The notes under the pieces are model-generated. The model saw only the letters and a program-made list of their open reading frames with translations, did not search any database and was not told where the DNA came from. The position numbers and the translations under genes are program-made. 64,000 nt of DNA from Candidatus Nanoarchaeia archaeon (GTDB taxonomy: Archaea > Nanobdellota > Nanobdellia > Woesearchaeales > ARS49). The DNA lies in assembly GCA_041488275.1 (NCBI GenBank), contig JBGPOY010000004.1, positions 795-64,794 of the forward strand. The letters are read 5' to 3'. Positions 17,824-27,078 of this stretch are shown here, one piece after another. Within the stretch, counting starts at the first letter, position 1. Each line of letters opens with the position of its first letter.

Positions 17824-18105
17824 CTACTGCGCTTCGGCTACCTTGATGATGTGCCAGCCGAACTTGGTCTTGACGGGTTTGGAGAGTTCGTTGACGGGCA
17901 GCGTGAACGCGGAGTCTTCGAATTCTTTGACCATCATTCCTTTGCCGAACCAGCCGAGGTCGCCTCCTTTGTTGCGCGAAGGGCAGAGCGAGTGCTTCTT
18001 GGCTTCGTCTTCGAAGGAAGCGCCGCGCTTGAGGTCGAAGAGGATGCTGTTCGCTTCCTGTTCGGTCTTGACGAGAATGTGGTAGGCGCGGATTTTCTTG
18101 GGCAT
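17824..18105 (-). CDS. Parvulin-type peptidyl-prolyl cis-trans isomerase (single-domain, PinA-like)
   Basis: 93 aa: AYHILVKTEQEA...GGDLGWFGKGMMVKEFEDSAF...FGWHIIKV. Confidence 0.8.
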   Translation of the reverse strand: MPKKIRAYHILVKTEQEANSILFDLKRGASFEDEAKKHSLCPSRNKGGDLGWFGKGMMVKEFEDSAFTLPVNELSKPVKTKFGWHIIKVAEAQ

Positions 18106-18109
18106 CGGT

Positions 18110-20398
18110 TCACCCGAAGTAAATCGGCTTTTCTTCCTGCATTTCTTTGGCGCGGGCTTGCGTGAACTGGTCCTGCAGGTCCTTGTAGGATTTTTCGATG
18201 TCTTTCGTCACGCTGGGACGGACTTTCTTGAGCGACTGGTCAAAGTGGTCTTTCGTGATTTCCTTGGCGCTCATGTTCTCGCGCAACGCCATAATGGCTG
18301 CTTCGCGGCAGATGCTTTCGATGTCTGCTCCGACGTATCCGTCGGTGCGTTCTGCCAAGTCCTCAAGTTTGATGGTCTTGGAGAGCGGCATGTTCTTGGT
18401 ATGAATCTTGAAAATCTCGTTGCGCACGGCTTTGTCGGGAACGGGCGTCATGATGATGCGGTCAAAGCGTCCCGGGCGCAAGAGTGCCGTGTCCAAAATG
18501 TCAGGTCTGTTCGTCGCGCCGATGATGACGATATCGTGCAACGCTTCCAGCCCGTCGATTTCCGTGAGCAGTTGGTTGACGACGCGGGCGGTGACGTCCG
18601 AATCTGAAGAAACTCCTCGGCGCGGCGCGAGGCTGTCCATTTCGTCAAAGAAAATGATTGCGGGAGCGGCTTGGCGCGCTTTCTTGAAGATTTCGCGCAC
18701 GGCTTTTTCGCTTTCGCCGACCCACTTGCTCAGCAGTTCCGGACCTTTAATCGAGATAAAGTTGGCTTCGCTTTCCGTCGCGACGGCTTTGGCGAGCATC
18801 GTCTTGCCCGTGCCGGGCGGACCGTACAGGAGAATGCCTTTCGGCGGCTTGACTCCCAAGCGCTTGAACGCTTCGGGGTGCTTGAGCGGCCATTCGACGG
18901 CTTCGAGTAATTCCTGCTTGATGCTTTTCAGGCCGCCGACGTCGTCCCAGTGAATGTTCGGCATTTCGACGAGGACTTCGCGCAGTGCTGAAGGTCGGAC
19001 GACTTTGAGGGCTTCCTTGAAGTCCTTCTTCATAATCATCAGCTTTTCGAGGATTTCTTTGGGAATGGCTTCCTCTGCGTCGTACTGCAAGTCGGGAAGC
19101 ACGCGTCGGAGCACAATCATCGCGCTTTCCTTTGCCAGCGACGCAAGGTCTGCCCCGACAAAGCCGTGCGTGATGCTCGCGATTTCGCGCAGGTTGACGT
19201 CCTTGGCGAGCGGCATGTTGCGCGTGTGAATCTTGAGAATGTTGAGGCGTCCTTCCTTGTTGGGAACGCCGATTTCGATTTCGCGGTCAAACCGTCCCGG
19301 TCGTCTGAGCGCCGGGTCGAGGATGTTGGGAACATTGGTTGCGGCGATGACGACGACTTTCCCTCGCGATTTCAGTCCGTCCATCAGAGCGAGCATTTGC
19401 GCGACGACTCTGCGCTCGACTTCGCCTCTCGTTTCTTCGCGCTTGGACGCGATGGCGTCGATTTCGTCGATGAAAATGATGCTGGGAGCGTTCTTTTCCG
19501 CTTCTTCGAACTTCTTGCGCAGGTTTTCCTCGGACTGTCCGTAATATTTGGACATGATTTCCGGACCGTTAATCAAAACGAAATGGGAGTTGGTCTCGTT
19601 CGCGACGGCTTTCGCCATCAAGGTCTTGCCCGTGCCGGGCGGGCCGTGCAGCAGGACTCCTTTCGGAGGTTCGACGCCGAGGCGTTCGAAGATTTCGGGG
19701 TGTTTGAGCGGGAGTTCAATCATTTCGCGCACTTTCTTGATTTCGTCCTGCAAGCCGCCGATGTCTTCGTACGCGATGTCGGGGACGGTTTCTTCCTTCA
19801 ACTCCACTGCTTCGGGGTTGAGCTGGATTTCCGTCGCGTCCGTGATGATGACGGGCTGTTTCGGGTTGGTCTCGACGACCATGAACTTGAGGTCAGTAAA
19901 GCCGAAGCCCATCATGCTGGCTTCGTCCAAGAGCGGGAATACTTCGTCGAAGAACGGGCTGCCGGACATCGTGTTTCGCCTTCTGCGAGTTCCGCCGAGC
20001 GAGATGATGTCTCCTTTCACGACCGAGCGTCCGAGAAGTCCTTGTTTGAAGATGCCCGGGCTTGCCTTGACGACAATGCCTTCCTTGGCGGGCGCGATGA
20101 TGACTTTCTTTGCTTCCTTGACTTCCGCCTTGCGCACGGTCACCTGTTCGCCGATGCTCGTGCGGGCGTTCTTGCGCGCGAGGTTGTCCATGCGGATGAA
20201 GTCCAGGCCGATGTCGCTTGGGTACGCTCGATCGACCAGAGCAACGGTCTTGCGTGTGCCTTCGATTTCGAGAACGTCACCCGGACGGACATCAATGCGG
20301 TGCATGAATCCGCTGTCTATCCTGACGATGCCTTTGTTCACGTCGTCCTGAATGGCTTCCGTGACCTTCAGGCGGATTTCTTTGACTGCGTCTGTCAT
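18110..20398 (-). CDS. cdc48: CDC48/VCP-like AAA+ ATPase (N domain + D1 + D2)
   Basis: Two Walker A motifs (GPPGTGKT twice), second-region-of-homology motifs, CDC48 N-domain. Confidence 0.9.
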   Translation of the reverse strand: MTDAVKEIRLKVTEAIQDDVNKGIVRIDSGFMHRIDVRPGDVLEIEGTRKTVALVDRAYPSDIGLDFIRMDNLARKNARTSIGEQVTVRKAEVKEAKKVIIAPAKEGIVVKASPGIFKQGLLGRSVVKGDIISLGGTRRRRNTMSGSPFFDEVFPLLDEASMMGFGFTDLKFMVVETNPKQPVIITDATEIQLNPEAVELKEETVPDIAYEDIGGLQDEIKKVREMIELPLKHPEIFERLGVEPPKGVLLHGPPGTGKTLMAKAVANETNSHFVLINGPEIMSKYYGQSEENLRKKFEEAEKNAPSIIFIDEIDAIASKREETRGEVERRVVAQMLALMDGLKSRGKVVVIAATNVPNILDPALRRPGRFDREIEIGVPNKEGRLNILKIHTRNMPLAKDVNLREIASITHGFVGADLASLAKESAMIVLRRVLPDLQYDAEEAIPKEILEKLMIMKKDFKEALKVVRPSALREVLVEMPNIHWDDVGGLKSIKQELLEAVEWPLKHPEAFKRLGVKPPKGILLYGPPGTGKTMLAKAVATESEANFISIKGPELLSKWVGESEKAVREIFKKARQAAPAIIFFDEMDSLAPRRGVSSDSDVTARVVNQLLTEIDGLEALHDIVIIGATNRPDILDTALLRPGRFDRIIMTPVPDKAVRNEIFKIHTKNMPLSKTIKLEDLAERTDGYVGADIESICREAAIMALRENMSAKEITKDHFDQSLKKVRPSVTKDIEKSYKDLQDQFTQARAKEMQEEKPIYFG

Positions 20399-20424
20399 GA
20401 CTATGATGGGTGAGCCGAGAACGC

Positions 20425-20832
20425 TTACTTCGCCGAAACTTGCGGCATTTCAATGGGCGAAGGCAGGTTGAGCTCGCGGCTCATGAGGATTGCTTCGACA
20501 TTGCACTTGCTGAGGATGTGATTGATGAGGACGCGGCTGATGTCCTTGGGAAGCTGCTTGTCCTTTTGCCACGCCTTTGCGAGTGCTTCAATCTTTGCCG
20601 GAGGATCCAGGTAAATGATGCCGCCCTCGAGCACGATTTTGCCCTTGTCGGGTTCGTAGTTCGTGGTGAACTGGAACTCGACGCGAAGCACATCTTGCGT
20701 TCCGGGGCCCATTTCGAGCTTGATTTTCGCCGCTTCCGTGAGGTTGACGGCGTTCTTGACGGTGACGTTGCCGGTGTTGCGGTCCGAGCGTTCGCCCAAA
20801 ATTTTGGTATAGTTGAATGCAATGATTGGCAT
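20425..20832 (-). CDS. Hypothetical protein (135 aa)
   Basis: ORF preceded by two reverse-orientation TATA boxes (tatttaaag). No family recognised. Confidence 0.45.
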   Translation of the reverse strand: MPIIAFNYTKILGERSDRNTGNVTVKNAVNLTEAAKIKLEMGPGTQDVLRVEFQFTTNYEPDKGKIVLEGGIIYLDPPAKIEALAKAWQKDKQLPKDISRVLINHILSKCNVEAILMSRELNLPSPIEMPQVSAK

Positions 20833-20913
20833 GGAAAACCACCTGACGTTTGTGCCCCCTGCGGGGTTATTTAAAGTATTCGTTTGCCGTTTTGAGCGTA
20901 TTTAAAGTTTTCC

Positions 20914-21744
20914 TTACTTCGGGGTAACGGCAGGCGGCGTCGTGCTGAACGTGACGCCCGCGTTCTCGCTTTCACGCACCCAGTCGTCGAGCGCGTTGAA
21001 CTCGGTCTTCAGCTCCCACAGCGCGCTCCTTTGGTCCTTGAACGATTCGAGCAGGGGATCGAGCCACCGGTCGGCGCGCGTGCGCGTGTCTTCCTTATAC
21101 GCGGGCGTGCGGTAGCGGTCAAGCTGGGCGTGGACGTCGCGCGCCTTGAAGTGCAGCGTGTAGCCTTCGCTGGTCGGCCAGCGCAGATTCCACGTTTCGG
21201 CCTCCAGCAGGTAGCTGATGTCCGGCCGCGAGCCGGTGTCTTCCCGCTTGATGTGGTTGATGAACGTTTCCTGCTTCATCCGGTCAAACCTGAGAAGGTG
21301 GGTTTCCTGCCGGTCGCGGCGGTAATGCGCGAAATACACGTTATCTTCCGATTCGTGAAACAGGGACGGATTGTTGTGCATGTACGAGTAAATGGCTGAC
21401 GTTTCCTTGATGGTCGGGTCGCCGAGCGACAGCATCAGCTTGCCGAGTTTTCGGTGTTCTTCGCGCTGGCTCAACGCGAGCTTGGTGTTGTCCGACGGGT
21501 CAACCAAGAGTTTGCCCTGCGCTTCAAAAAACGAAGGCGTGGCGAAGTACGTGCTGAACCTGCCGTACGCCTGCGGAGCGAGCAGATAGACGTGTTGGCT
21601 GTGAATGTACTGCTCCTGTGTCACCAGCATCTTCGGACGCCCGCTTTTGCACAACCGCGACGCCATTGACCAGAGAATTTTGCTTGCGCGCATGCGGTTG
21701 GAGAGTCCGCGTTTCTTAAAAGGATTTAGTGCGTGCAAAACCAT
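20914..21744 (-). CDS. Hypothetical protein (up to 276 aa)
   Basis: Long ORF with coding-like composition; no recognisable motif. The start is uncertain. Confidence 0.45.
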   Translation of the reverse strand: MVLHALNPFKKRGLSNRMRASKILWSMASRLCKSGRPKMLVTQEQYIHSQHVYLLAPQAYGRFSTYFATPSFFEAQGKLLVDPSDNTKLALSQREEHRKLGKLMLSLGDPTIKETSAIYSYMHNNPSLFHESEDNVYFAHYRRDRQETHLLRFDRMKQETFINHIKREDTGSRPDISYLLEAETWNLRWPTSEGYTLHFKARDVHAQLDRYRTPAYKEDTRTRADRWLDPLLESFKDQRSALWELKTEFNALDDWVRESENAGVTFSTTPPAVTPK

Positions 21745-21783
21745 GATTGCTGAGCACAGCTTACCAACGCACCGCGAAACCTA

Positions 21784-21832
21784 CACCGAGGCTGCTCGGT
21801 GAAGTTTCGTGCTTCACGAAACCTTTATAAAG
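21784..21832 (+). promoter_or_regulatory. Promoter region of the deoxyhypusine synthase gene: palindrome CACCGAGgctgCTCGGTG (21784-21801), inverted repeat aagtttcgtg/cacgaaac (21801-21822), TATA tttataaa (21825-21832)
   Basis: Read directly from the sequence. TATA is 22 bp upstream of ATG 21854. Confidence 0.55.
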
Positions 21833-21853
21833 CTCCCGACGGGAAAAGGAGCT

Positions 21854-22864
21854 ATGGGGATTAGCAAGGACAAGCTCAGCAAGGCAAAGGAATCCATCTT
21901 CAAGCAGTCGAAAGAGCCCTCGCACGAGACGTTCATTCAGGGCTACGACTTTTCCAAGAAGTTCGACCTCCAGAAGTTCGTCGCCGCGTACGGCACGACC
22001 GGATTTCAGGCAACGAACTTCGCGCGTGCGGTCGGCATCATCAAAAAGATGAAGCTCGCGCGCGAAAAAGAAGGCTGCCGCGTGTTCCTCGGCTACACGT
22101 CGAATATGGTGACTTCCGGCGTGCGCGAATCCATTCTCCACTTGGTCAAGAATAATCTCGTGGACGTGCTCGTCACGACTGCCGGCGGCGTCGAGGAAGA
22201 CATCATCAAGTGTCTCAAGCCGTTTGTTCTCGGCGACTTCCGCGCGAAAGGAGCGGCGTTGCGCGAACAGGGCATTAATCGCACAGGCAACATCTTTGTG
22301 CCCAACGACCGCTATTGCGATTTCGAAGATTTCCTGACGCCCATTTTGAAAGAAGTTGTTGCGGAACAGAAAAAGTCCGGACACATCATCGCGCCCAGCG
22401 AACTCATCCGGATTTTGGGCGAGCGCATCAACAACGAGGAAAGCATCTATTACTGGGCCGCGAAGCACAAAATTCCCGTGTTCTGCCCCGCGATTACCGA
22501 CGGCAGCATCGGCGACATCCTGTTCTTCTTCAAGTACAACCATCCCGAGATTAAGGTCGATATCGCTGAGGACACGTTCCGTTTGAACAACCTCGCGATT
22601 GACGCAAAGCAGACGGGCATGATTGTGCTCGGTGCCGGACTCGTGAAGCACCAGATTTGCAACGCCAACATGTTCCGCGAAGGCGCGAAATACGCAGTCT
22701 ACATCAACACCGCGATGGAATACGACGGTTCCGATTCGGGAGCAGAACCCGAAGAAGCCATCTCGTGGGGCAAAATCGCAGCCACAGCCGAACACGTCAA
22801 AGTCGTCGGCGACGCCACCATTCTGTTTCCGCTTGTGGTCGCGAGCGCGTACGGCGAGAAATAA
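21854..22864 (+). CDS. dys: Deoxyhypusine synthase
   Basis: Full-length DHS similarity (GYTSNMVTSGVRE, TTAGGVEED, GDATILFPL). Start set at ATG 21854 by promoter spacing. Confidence 0.9.
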   Translation: MGISKDKLSKAKESIFKQSKEPSHETFIQGYDFSKKFDLQKFVAAYGTTGFQATNFARAVGIIKKMKLAREKEGCRVFLGYTSNMVTSGVRESILHLVKNNLVDVLVTTAGGVEEDIIKCLKPFVLGDFRAKGAALREQGINRTGNIFVPNDRYCDFEDFLTPILKEVVAEQKKSGHIIAPSELIRILGERINNEESIYYWAAKHKIPVFCPAITDGSIGDILFFFKYNHPEIKVDIAEDTFRLNNLAIDAKQTGMIVLGAGLVKHQICNANMFREGAKYAVYINTAMEYDGSDSGAEPEEAISWGKIAATAEHVKVVGDATILFPLVVASAYGEK

Positions 22865-22914
22865 GACGCCCATGCGGGTTAATCCGAGACTGCTCGGAAA
22901 ACCCTTTGGGCTAA

Positions 22915-22988
22915 CGCCCATGCGGGGATTTGAACCCCGACCGCAGCCTTCGGAGGGCCGAGTACTATCCAGGTTATACTACACGGGC
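22915..22988 (-). tRNA. tRNA-Arg (anticodon CCG)
   Basis: Reverse-strand cloverleaf: acceptor gcccgtg/catgggc, anticodon stem cggcc/ggctg with loop ctCCGaa, T arm cgggg-ttcaaat-ccccg. Confidence 0.7.
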
Positions 22989-23043
22989 ATACCTCTGAAA
23001 GGAAAGCTATCTCTTTTTAAAGTCTACCCACGACACCGAACGC

Positions 23044-23838
23044 ATGATCCTCGTCGACGTTCACGCGCACTTGCAGCATGAACAGTTCAAGAAGGACTTC
23101 AAGGAAGTCATCGACCGCGCAAAGGCGGCGGGCGTGAAGGCGATTATTCTCAACGGCGTCAACGAGCCGACAAACCGTGAAGTTCTCGAGCTCGCGAAAC
23201 ACGACCCGATTCTGAAAGTGGCGTTGGGCGCGTACCCGATTGACGCGCTCGGGCTCGACTTGGAAGGCGATTCCGGGCTCACGCGCCCCATCCACAAAAT
23301 TGACCTCGACAAAGAACTCGCGTTTATCGCGTCGCAGAAGGACAAAATCATCGGCATCGGCGAAGTCGGGCTCGACTACAAGTACGTGACCGACCCTGCG
23401 CTCCAGAAAAGGATGCGCGAGAACTTCCAGCGCGTCATCGAGCTCTCCGAAAAAATCAAGAAGCCGATGATTGTGCACACGCGCGGCGCAGAAAAAGATG
23501 TGATAGAAATGCTGGAGTCCAGCAAGGTCAAGAAAGTCGACTTGCACAGCTTCGGCGCGCGCAAGAGCGTCGCGAGAAAGGCCGCAGATCTCGGATTCTA
23601 CACGAGCGTGCCTCCGGTGTGCGTTCGGCTTGACCATTACAAGATGATTGTCGACGTGTTCGGCATCAACCAGCTCCTGACGGAAACGGATAGTCCGTGG
23701 CTTGGTCCTGTCGCCGGCGAGCGTAACGAACCCAAGAACGTCTTGGAAAGCGTGAAGTTCATCGCGAAACAGAAAGCGTTTGAAGTCGAGGAAGTCGCGA
23801 ACAATGTCTGGCTGAACTATCAGCGCCTGTTCGGTTAA
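23044..23838 (+). CDS. tatD: TatD-family metal-dependent hydrolase/DNase
   Basis: LVDVHAHL, GIGEVGLDY, TIM-barrel metal-ligand pattern. TATA about 26 bp upstream (leaderless). Confidence 0.85.
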   Translation: MILVDVHAHLQHEQFKKDFKEVIDRAKAAGVKAIILNGVNEPTNREVLELAKHDPILKVALGAYPIDALGLDLEGDSGLTRPIHKIDLDKELAFIASQKDKIIGIGEVGLDYKYVTDPALQKRMRENFQRVIELSEKIKKPMIVHTRGAEKDVIEMLESSKVKKVDLHSFGARKSVARKAADLGFYTSVPPVCVRLDHYKMIVDVFGINQLLTETDSPWLGPVAGERNEPKNVLESVKFIAKQKAFEVEEVANNVWLNYQRLFG

Positions 23839-24398
23839 ACGTTCGCGGCAATCAGCTTCTTCTTGCCGATGTGATGGTTGACGTATTCGACATAGCCGCG
23901 CACGCCTTTCTTGTTTTTCGTCAGCGCGAGCGAGTTCTGCGTCGGAAGCACGTACCGGTGGCTGCCGTCTTTGGCGCGCCAGATAAGTCTCCCGCCCCAC
24001 GCTTTGTTCGACGACATAACGAAATAGTGCGTGACGAGCTTCCACGTTTGAGGGACGTCGTTCAGAATCGTGTAGTCGTTCTTGCCGAACTCGGTGTAGA
24101 ATGCTTTCTTGCCTGACGGAATGCTTGTGATGAGGTTGACGTACGCGCGGAAGCGTTCAGAACTCAGGAAACGCAAAAATGCGTCCTGTTGCATCCCGAA
24201 CGCGCACGACATCTGCTGCGGAACGTATGTGCGCTTGAACTGCGCCTTCTTGGTCAAGTGCTGCACGCGCGCGAATGCGTCCTTGCGCAGGAAGTCCTGC
24301 ACGAGCAATTGTCCTTCGCGGGCGAACACGGTGCGCATCTGTTCCACGACGCCGAAGTCAAGGTATTGCGGGCGAATCCAGTCCGAGAGCTTATCCAT
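23835..24398 (-). CDS. 2OG-Fe(II) oxygenase-like double-stranded beta-helix protein lacking the HxD...H iron ligands (probably catalytically inactive paralog)
   Basis: Paralogous to the upstream gene (WI.P.Y...L..F core conserved). DYTILNDV replaces DHLLPHDD, and GYVEYV replaces TTYHRV. Confidence 0.55.
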   Translation of the reverse strand: MDKLSDWIRPQYLDFGVVEQMRTVFAREGQLLVQDFLRKDAFARVQHLTKKAQFKRTYVPQQMSCAFGMQQDAFLRFLSSERFRAYVNLITSIPSGKKAFYTEFGKNDYTILNDVPQTWKLVTHYFVMSSNKAWGGRLIWRAKDGSHRYVLPTQNSLALTKNKKGVRGYVEYVNHHIGKKKLIAANV

Positions 24399-24999
24399 GG
24401 ACCCACCCTGCGAGCGTCAATCGTTGTTTGTTCGCCACAACTTCCCGCACTCGGTGATACGTCGTGCCGGGCTTGACTGTGAAAATGACGAAGGAATTCC
24501 ACGCGGGAACGTACGACTTCGCAACGCGGTTGTGTTTGAACAAGTCCAACTGTCCGCCGTTTTTCGCAATCCATTGCTTGGACAAATTTACGACAAACGC
24601 GATTTTCCTTCCTTCAAGCTTATCGTCGTGCGGAAGCAAGTGGTCAGTGTCGTCGTAGATGAAGCCGGAAATGTCAATCTCGTGCGCGAGATTCTCGCCC
24701 GTGACGTACGACAGCCACGTCAGAAATGTGCGTGATTGAAGAAAGTCGCGGAACGCGCGCAGCGTTTTGTTACTGCTTTTCTTGACATCGTGCGTTTGCT
24801 CGAACGAAAACAAGTCCGCTTCCTGCTCGAAAAAGCGTTCCTTGAGCAAGGCAGTGCGAACGCGTGCGAGTTTGTCCGCGCGGAAGAAGTTCGTGAGCTG
24901 CAGGTGCGCGAACGGCGCGTTTGACGCGTAACGTTTCCTGAGCGTCGCGGCAGTTCGTGAGCGCACGTACGCCGGAGCAATCCAGTCGCGGAGGTTCAT
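24391..24999 (-). CDS. 2OG-Fe(II) oxygenase (prolyl-hydroxylase/Tpa1-OGFOD1-like) with intact HxD...H...R motifs
   Basis: IYDDTDHLLPHDDKLEGRKIAFVVNL...GGQLDLF...TTYHRVREV...RLTLAGW. Overlaps the downstream paralog by 8 nt. Confidence 0.6.
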   Translation of the reverse strand: MNLRDWIAPAYVRSRTAATLRKRYASNAPFAHLQLTNFFRADKLARVRTALLKERFFEQEADLFSFEQTHDVKKSSNKTLRAFRDFLQSRTFLTWLSYVTGENLAHEIDISGFIYDDTDHLLPHDDKLEGRKIAFVVNLSKQWIAKNGGQLDLFKHNRVAKSYVPAWNSFVIFTVKPGTTYHRVREVVANKQRLTLAGWVHG

Positions 25000-25003
25000 C
25001 GGA

Positions 25004-25077
25004 TGAGGCTGCCCGGATTCGAACCGGGATTTGAAGGTCCCGAACCTTCAGTCATAGCCAAGTTAGACCACAGCCCC
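25004..25077 (-). tRNA. tRNA-Pro (anticodon CGG)
   Basis: Reverse-strand cloverleaf: acceptor ggggctg/cagcctc, anticodon stem gaagg/ccttc with loop ttCGGga, T arm cccgg-ttcgaat-ccggg. Confidence 0.7.
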
Positions 25078-25232
25078 GTGGCGCTTTTAGTTCTGTACGG
25101 GGATGCTGGTCTCTTGCCGAGCGGACTCGGCATAGGACCGCAGCCCCGTGTGTCTTCGCTGAATTCTCGAGGGTTGCCTTATAAAGGTTTCCAGAAGGGA
25201 AAGCATAAAAGCAGCGGCGCGCTTGCTCACCT

Positions 25233-25448
25233 ATGTCCCCGCGAAAGTCCGGAGAACACTGGACACGCTCGTTGGTGAAAGCCATCACGTACCGCGTGCT
25301 CATCATCATTCTTGACTTCATAGTTATCTACTGGCTGTCCGGCAAGGTGTCGGTTGCGGCGGTGTTCGTCATCGCAAGCAACATCTACACAACGTTTGCG
25401 TATTATGCCCACGAACGTGTATGGAGTCGTATTCAGTGGAGACGTTAA
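25233..25448 (+). CDS. DUF2061-like small membrane protein (71 aa)
   Basis: LVKAITYRVLIIILDFIVIYWLSG... hairpin-type membrane protein. Confidence 0.55.
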   Translation: MSPRKSGEHWTRSLVKAITYRVLIIILDFIVIYWLSGKVSVAAVFVIASNIYTTFAYYAHERVWSRIQWRR

Positions 25449-25642
25449 GCTTTCTTCGCAACCAGAGCCATGACGAACAGGGAGAGAATGCCGAGGACGG
25501 CTCCGCCGAACATGACGACCAAGTGCGGCGTCGTGAGCGGCACGCCCACGGACGTGTGGAACGCGTGCGGCGAGAGCGCGAGAAACCAGCCGATACCCGC
25601 AATGACTGCGGCGGTGTAGTAGATGCGGGTGTAGGTGTTCAT
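25445..25642 (-). CDS. Small membrane protein (66 aa from the internal Met; the ORF extends to 25720)
   Basis: Two predicted transmembrane helices. Start moved to ATG 25642 so that it does not overlap the upstream gene. Confidence 0.4.
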   Translation of the reverse strand: MNTYTRIYYTAAVIAGIGWFLALSPHAFHTSVGVPLTTPHLVVMFGGAVLGILSLFVMALVAKKA

Positions 25643-25679
25643 GGCAAAAAGGAAATGAAAAAAGAAAAAGGCTGAGTTC

Positions 25680-26021
25680 TTACTTCGCCATGTAGGCGAC
25701 AGCAAGCGAAACCACTCCAATCACGATGTGAAGGATGTGGAACGCGGTGTTGAACCCGAGGAAGTCGGTTATTGCGCTCAAGTACGGCACGAACCCGATG
25801 ACGCCCACGACGAGGGCGAACCAACCGAGAATCATGTTCGTCTGCTTACCGGCCTTCCAGAATACGATTGCTCCACCCAACAGGTGGATGATGTTCGAGT
25901 AGAGGTTGACGCCGAAAATGCCAAGCACCGGGTTCTGGAAAAAGCCCAAAATGCCGACAAGCGCGACAACCGCTCCGATTATCTTCGAATACGTTGCATT
26001 CATGTCTGCGATGGTACTCAC
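25680..26021 (-). CDS. DUF4383-like small integral membrane protein
   Basis: 113 aa, four predicted transmembrane helices. Reverse promoter (ccttccgaggatataaaggttt) at 26050-26071. Confidence 0.55.
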   Translation of the reverse strand: MSTIADMNATYSKIIGAVVALVGILGFFQNPVLGIFGVNLYSNIIHLLGGAIVFWKAGKQTNMILGWFALVVGVIGFVPYLSAITDFLGFNTAFHILHIVIGVVSLAVAYMAK

Positions 26022-26126
26022 CTCATTTGAGTAATGGAGTCTGTCCAGCCTTCCGAGGATATAAAGGTTTGTGCGCGCGGTTCAGGCGCGCTGACTCATT
26101 GAGAAGTGGTTACGGGAAGGAAAAAG

Positions 26127-26200
<74 letters not shown>

Positions 26201-26292
26201 GTGCTTTGTTCGTGCTTCGGGACGTTATAAAAACCTTTGCCCAGCACAACGTTTTTAAACAACGGAGGCTCCTGAAGAACCAAAGAGGGACT

Positions 26293-26601
26293 ATGCGTAT
26301 TTCCATCGACACGGCAACGGATTCTCACGACCACATTCGCAAGGTCATTGACCTGCTGCGCCAAATGATCGGCGAGTCGCATTCCTCCAGCGCGCCTTCC
26401 TCGTCGTCCAATGTCTTTGAGCCGCAGGGAGCAAGCCCGTTCGCGGGAATCTTCGGAGACAGCGCGCCTGCCGCTCCGGCAGCGCCTGCCCCTGAATCTC
26501 CTCCTGCCGCCCCTGCCGACCCTTCGCAGCCGCAAGTGGTTGATCTGTGGGGCAACCCGAAGAAGCCAGACGACCAAGAATTCCCCGTCGAAGTCTACTA
26601 A
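26293..26601 (+). CDS. Hypothetical protein with a Pro/Ala/Ser-rich low-complexity C-terminal half
   Basis: TATA (gtttttaaac) about 35 bp upstream. N-terminus MRISIDTATDSHDHIRKVIDLLRQMIGE. Confidence 0.45.
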   Translation: MRISIDTATDSHDHIRKVIDLLRQMIGESHSSSAPSSSSNVFEPQGASPFAGIFGDSAPAAPAAPAPESPPAAPADPSQPQVVDLWGNPKKPDDQEFPVEVY

Positions 26602-26602
26602 G

Positions 26603-27076
26603 ATGCCCGCCGCGAACCTGAAACAGATTGCGCAGGATGTGGAATACATCCGCAACACCGTTGAGCGCGTGCCGGATCATTTCAACATGCGCCATGTGGT
26701 CGGGTCGTTGTTCGGCGCGCTCTTGTTCGGGCTGCCGTTCGTTCCCAAGGGTTTGTTCATTGACGTCACGGCAAAGCTGACGCCCAACCACGCGCTCGCG
26801 ATGCTCGCGGCGATTGTCGCGATTCTCACCGCAGAAATTTATTACATCGGCTACGCCCGCGTGCATAACAAGGACCATCGCCACTTCGGGCAGTTCTGGG
26901 CAAAACGCATCGTCGCGTATGTCGCGGTCGGATTTTTTGTCGCAATTTTCCTCACGTACCTGTACGGGCTGAACTTCCTGGTCGAAAGCGACACGCACCT
27001 CCGCTACCTCGTCCTCGCCCTCGCGCTACCGTGCTGCGTCGGCGCAAGCGTCACCGACCTGTTGAAGAAGTACTGA
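26603..27076 (+). CDS. Integral membrane protein of unknown function (157 aa)
   Basis: Four predicted transmembrane helices. Starts 2 nt after the previous stop. Confidence 0.55.
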   Translation: MPAANLKQIAQDVEYIRNTVERVPDHFNMRHVVGSLFGALLFGLPFVPKGLFIDVTAKLTPNHALAMLAAIVAILTAEIYYIGYARVHNKDHRHFGQFWAKRIVAYVAVGFFVAIFLTYLYGLNFLVESDTHLRYLVLALALPCCVGASVTDLLKKY

Positions 27077-27078
27077 CT

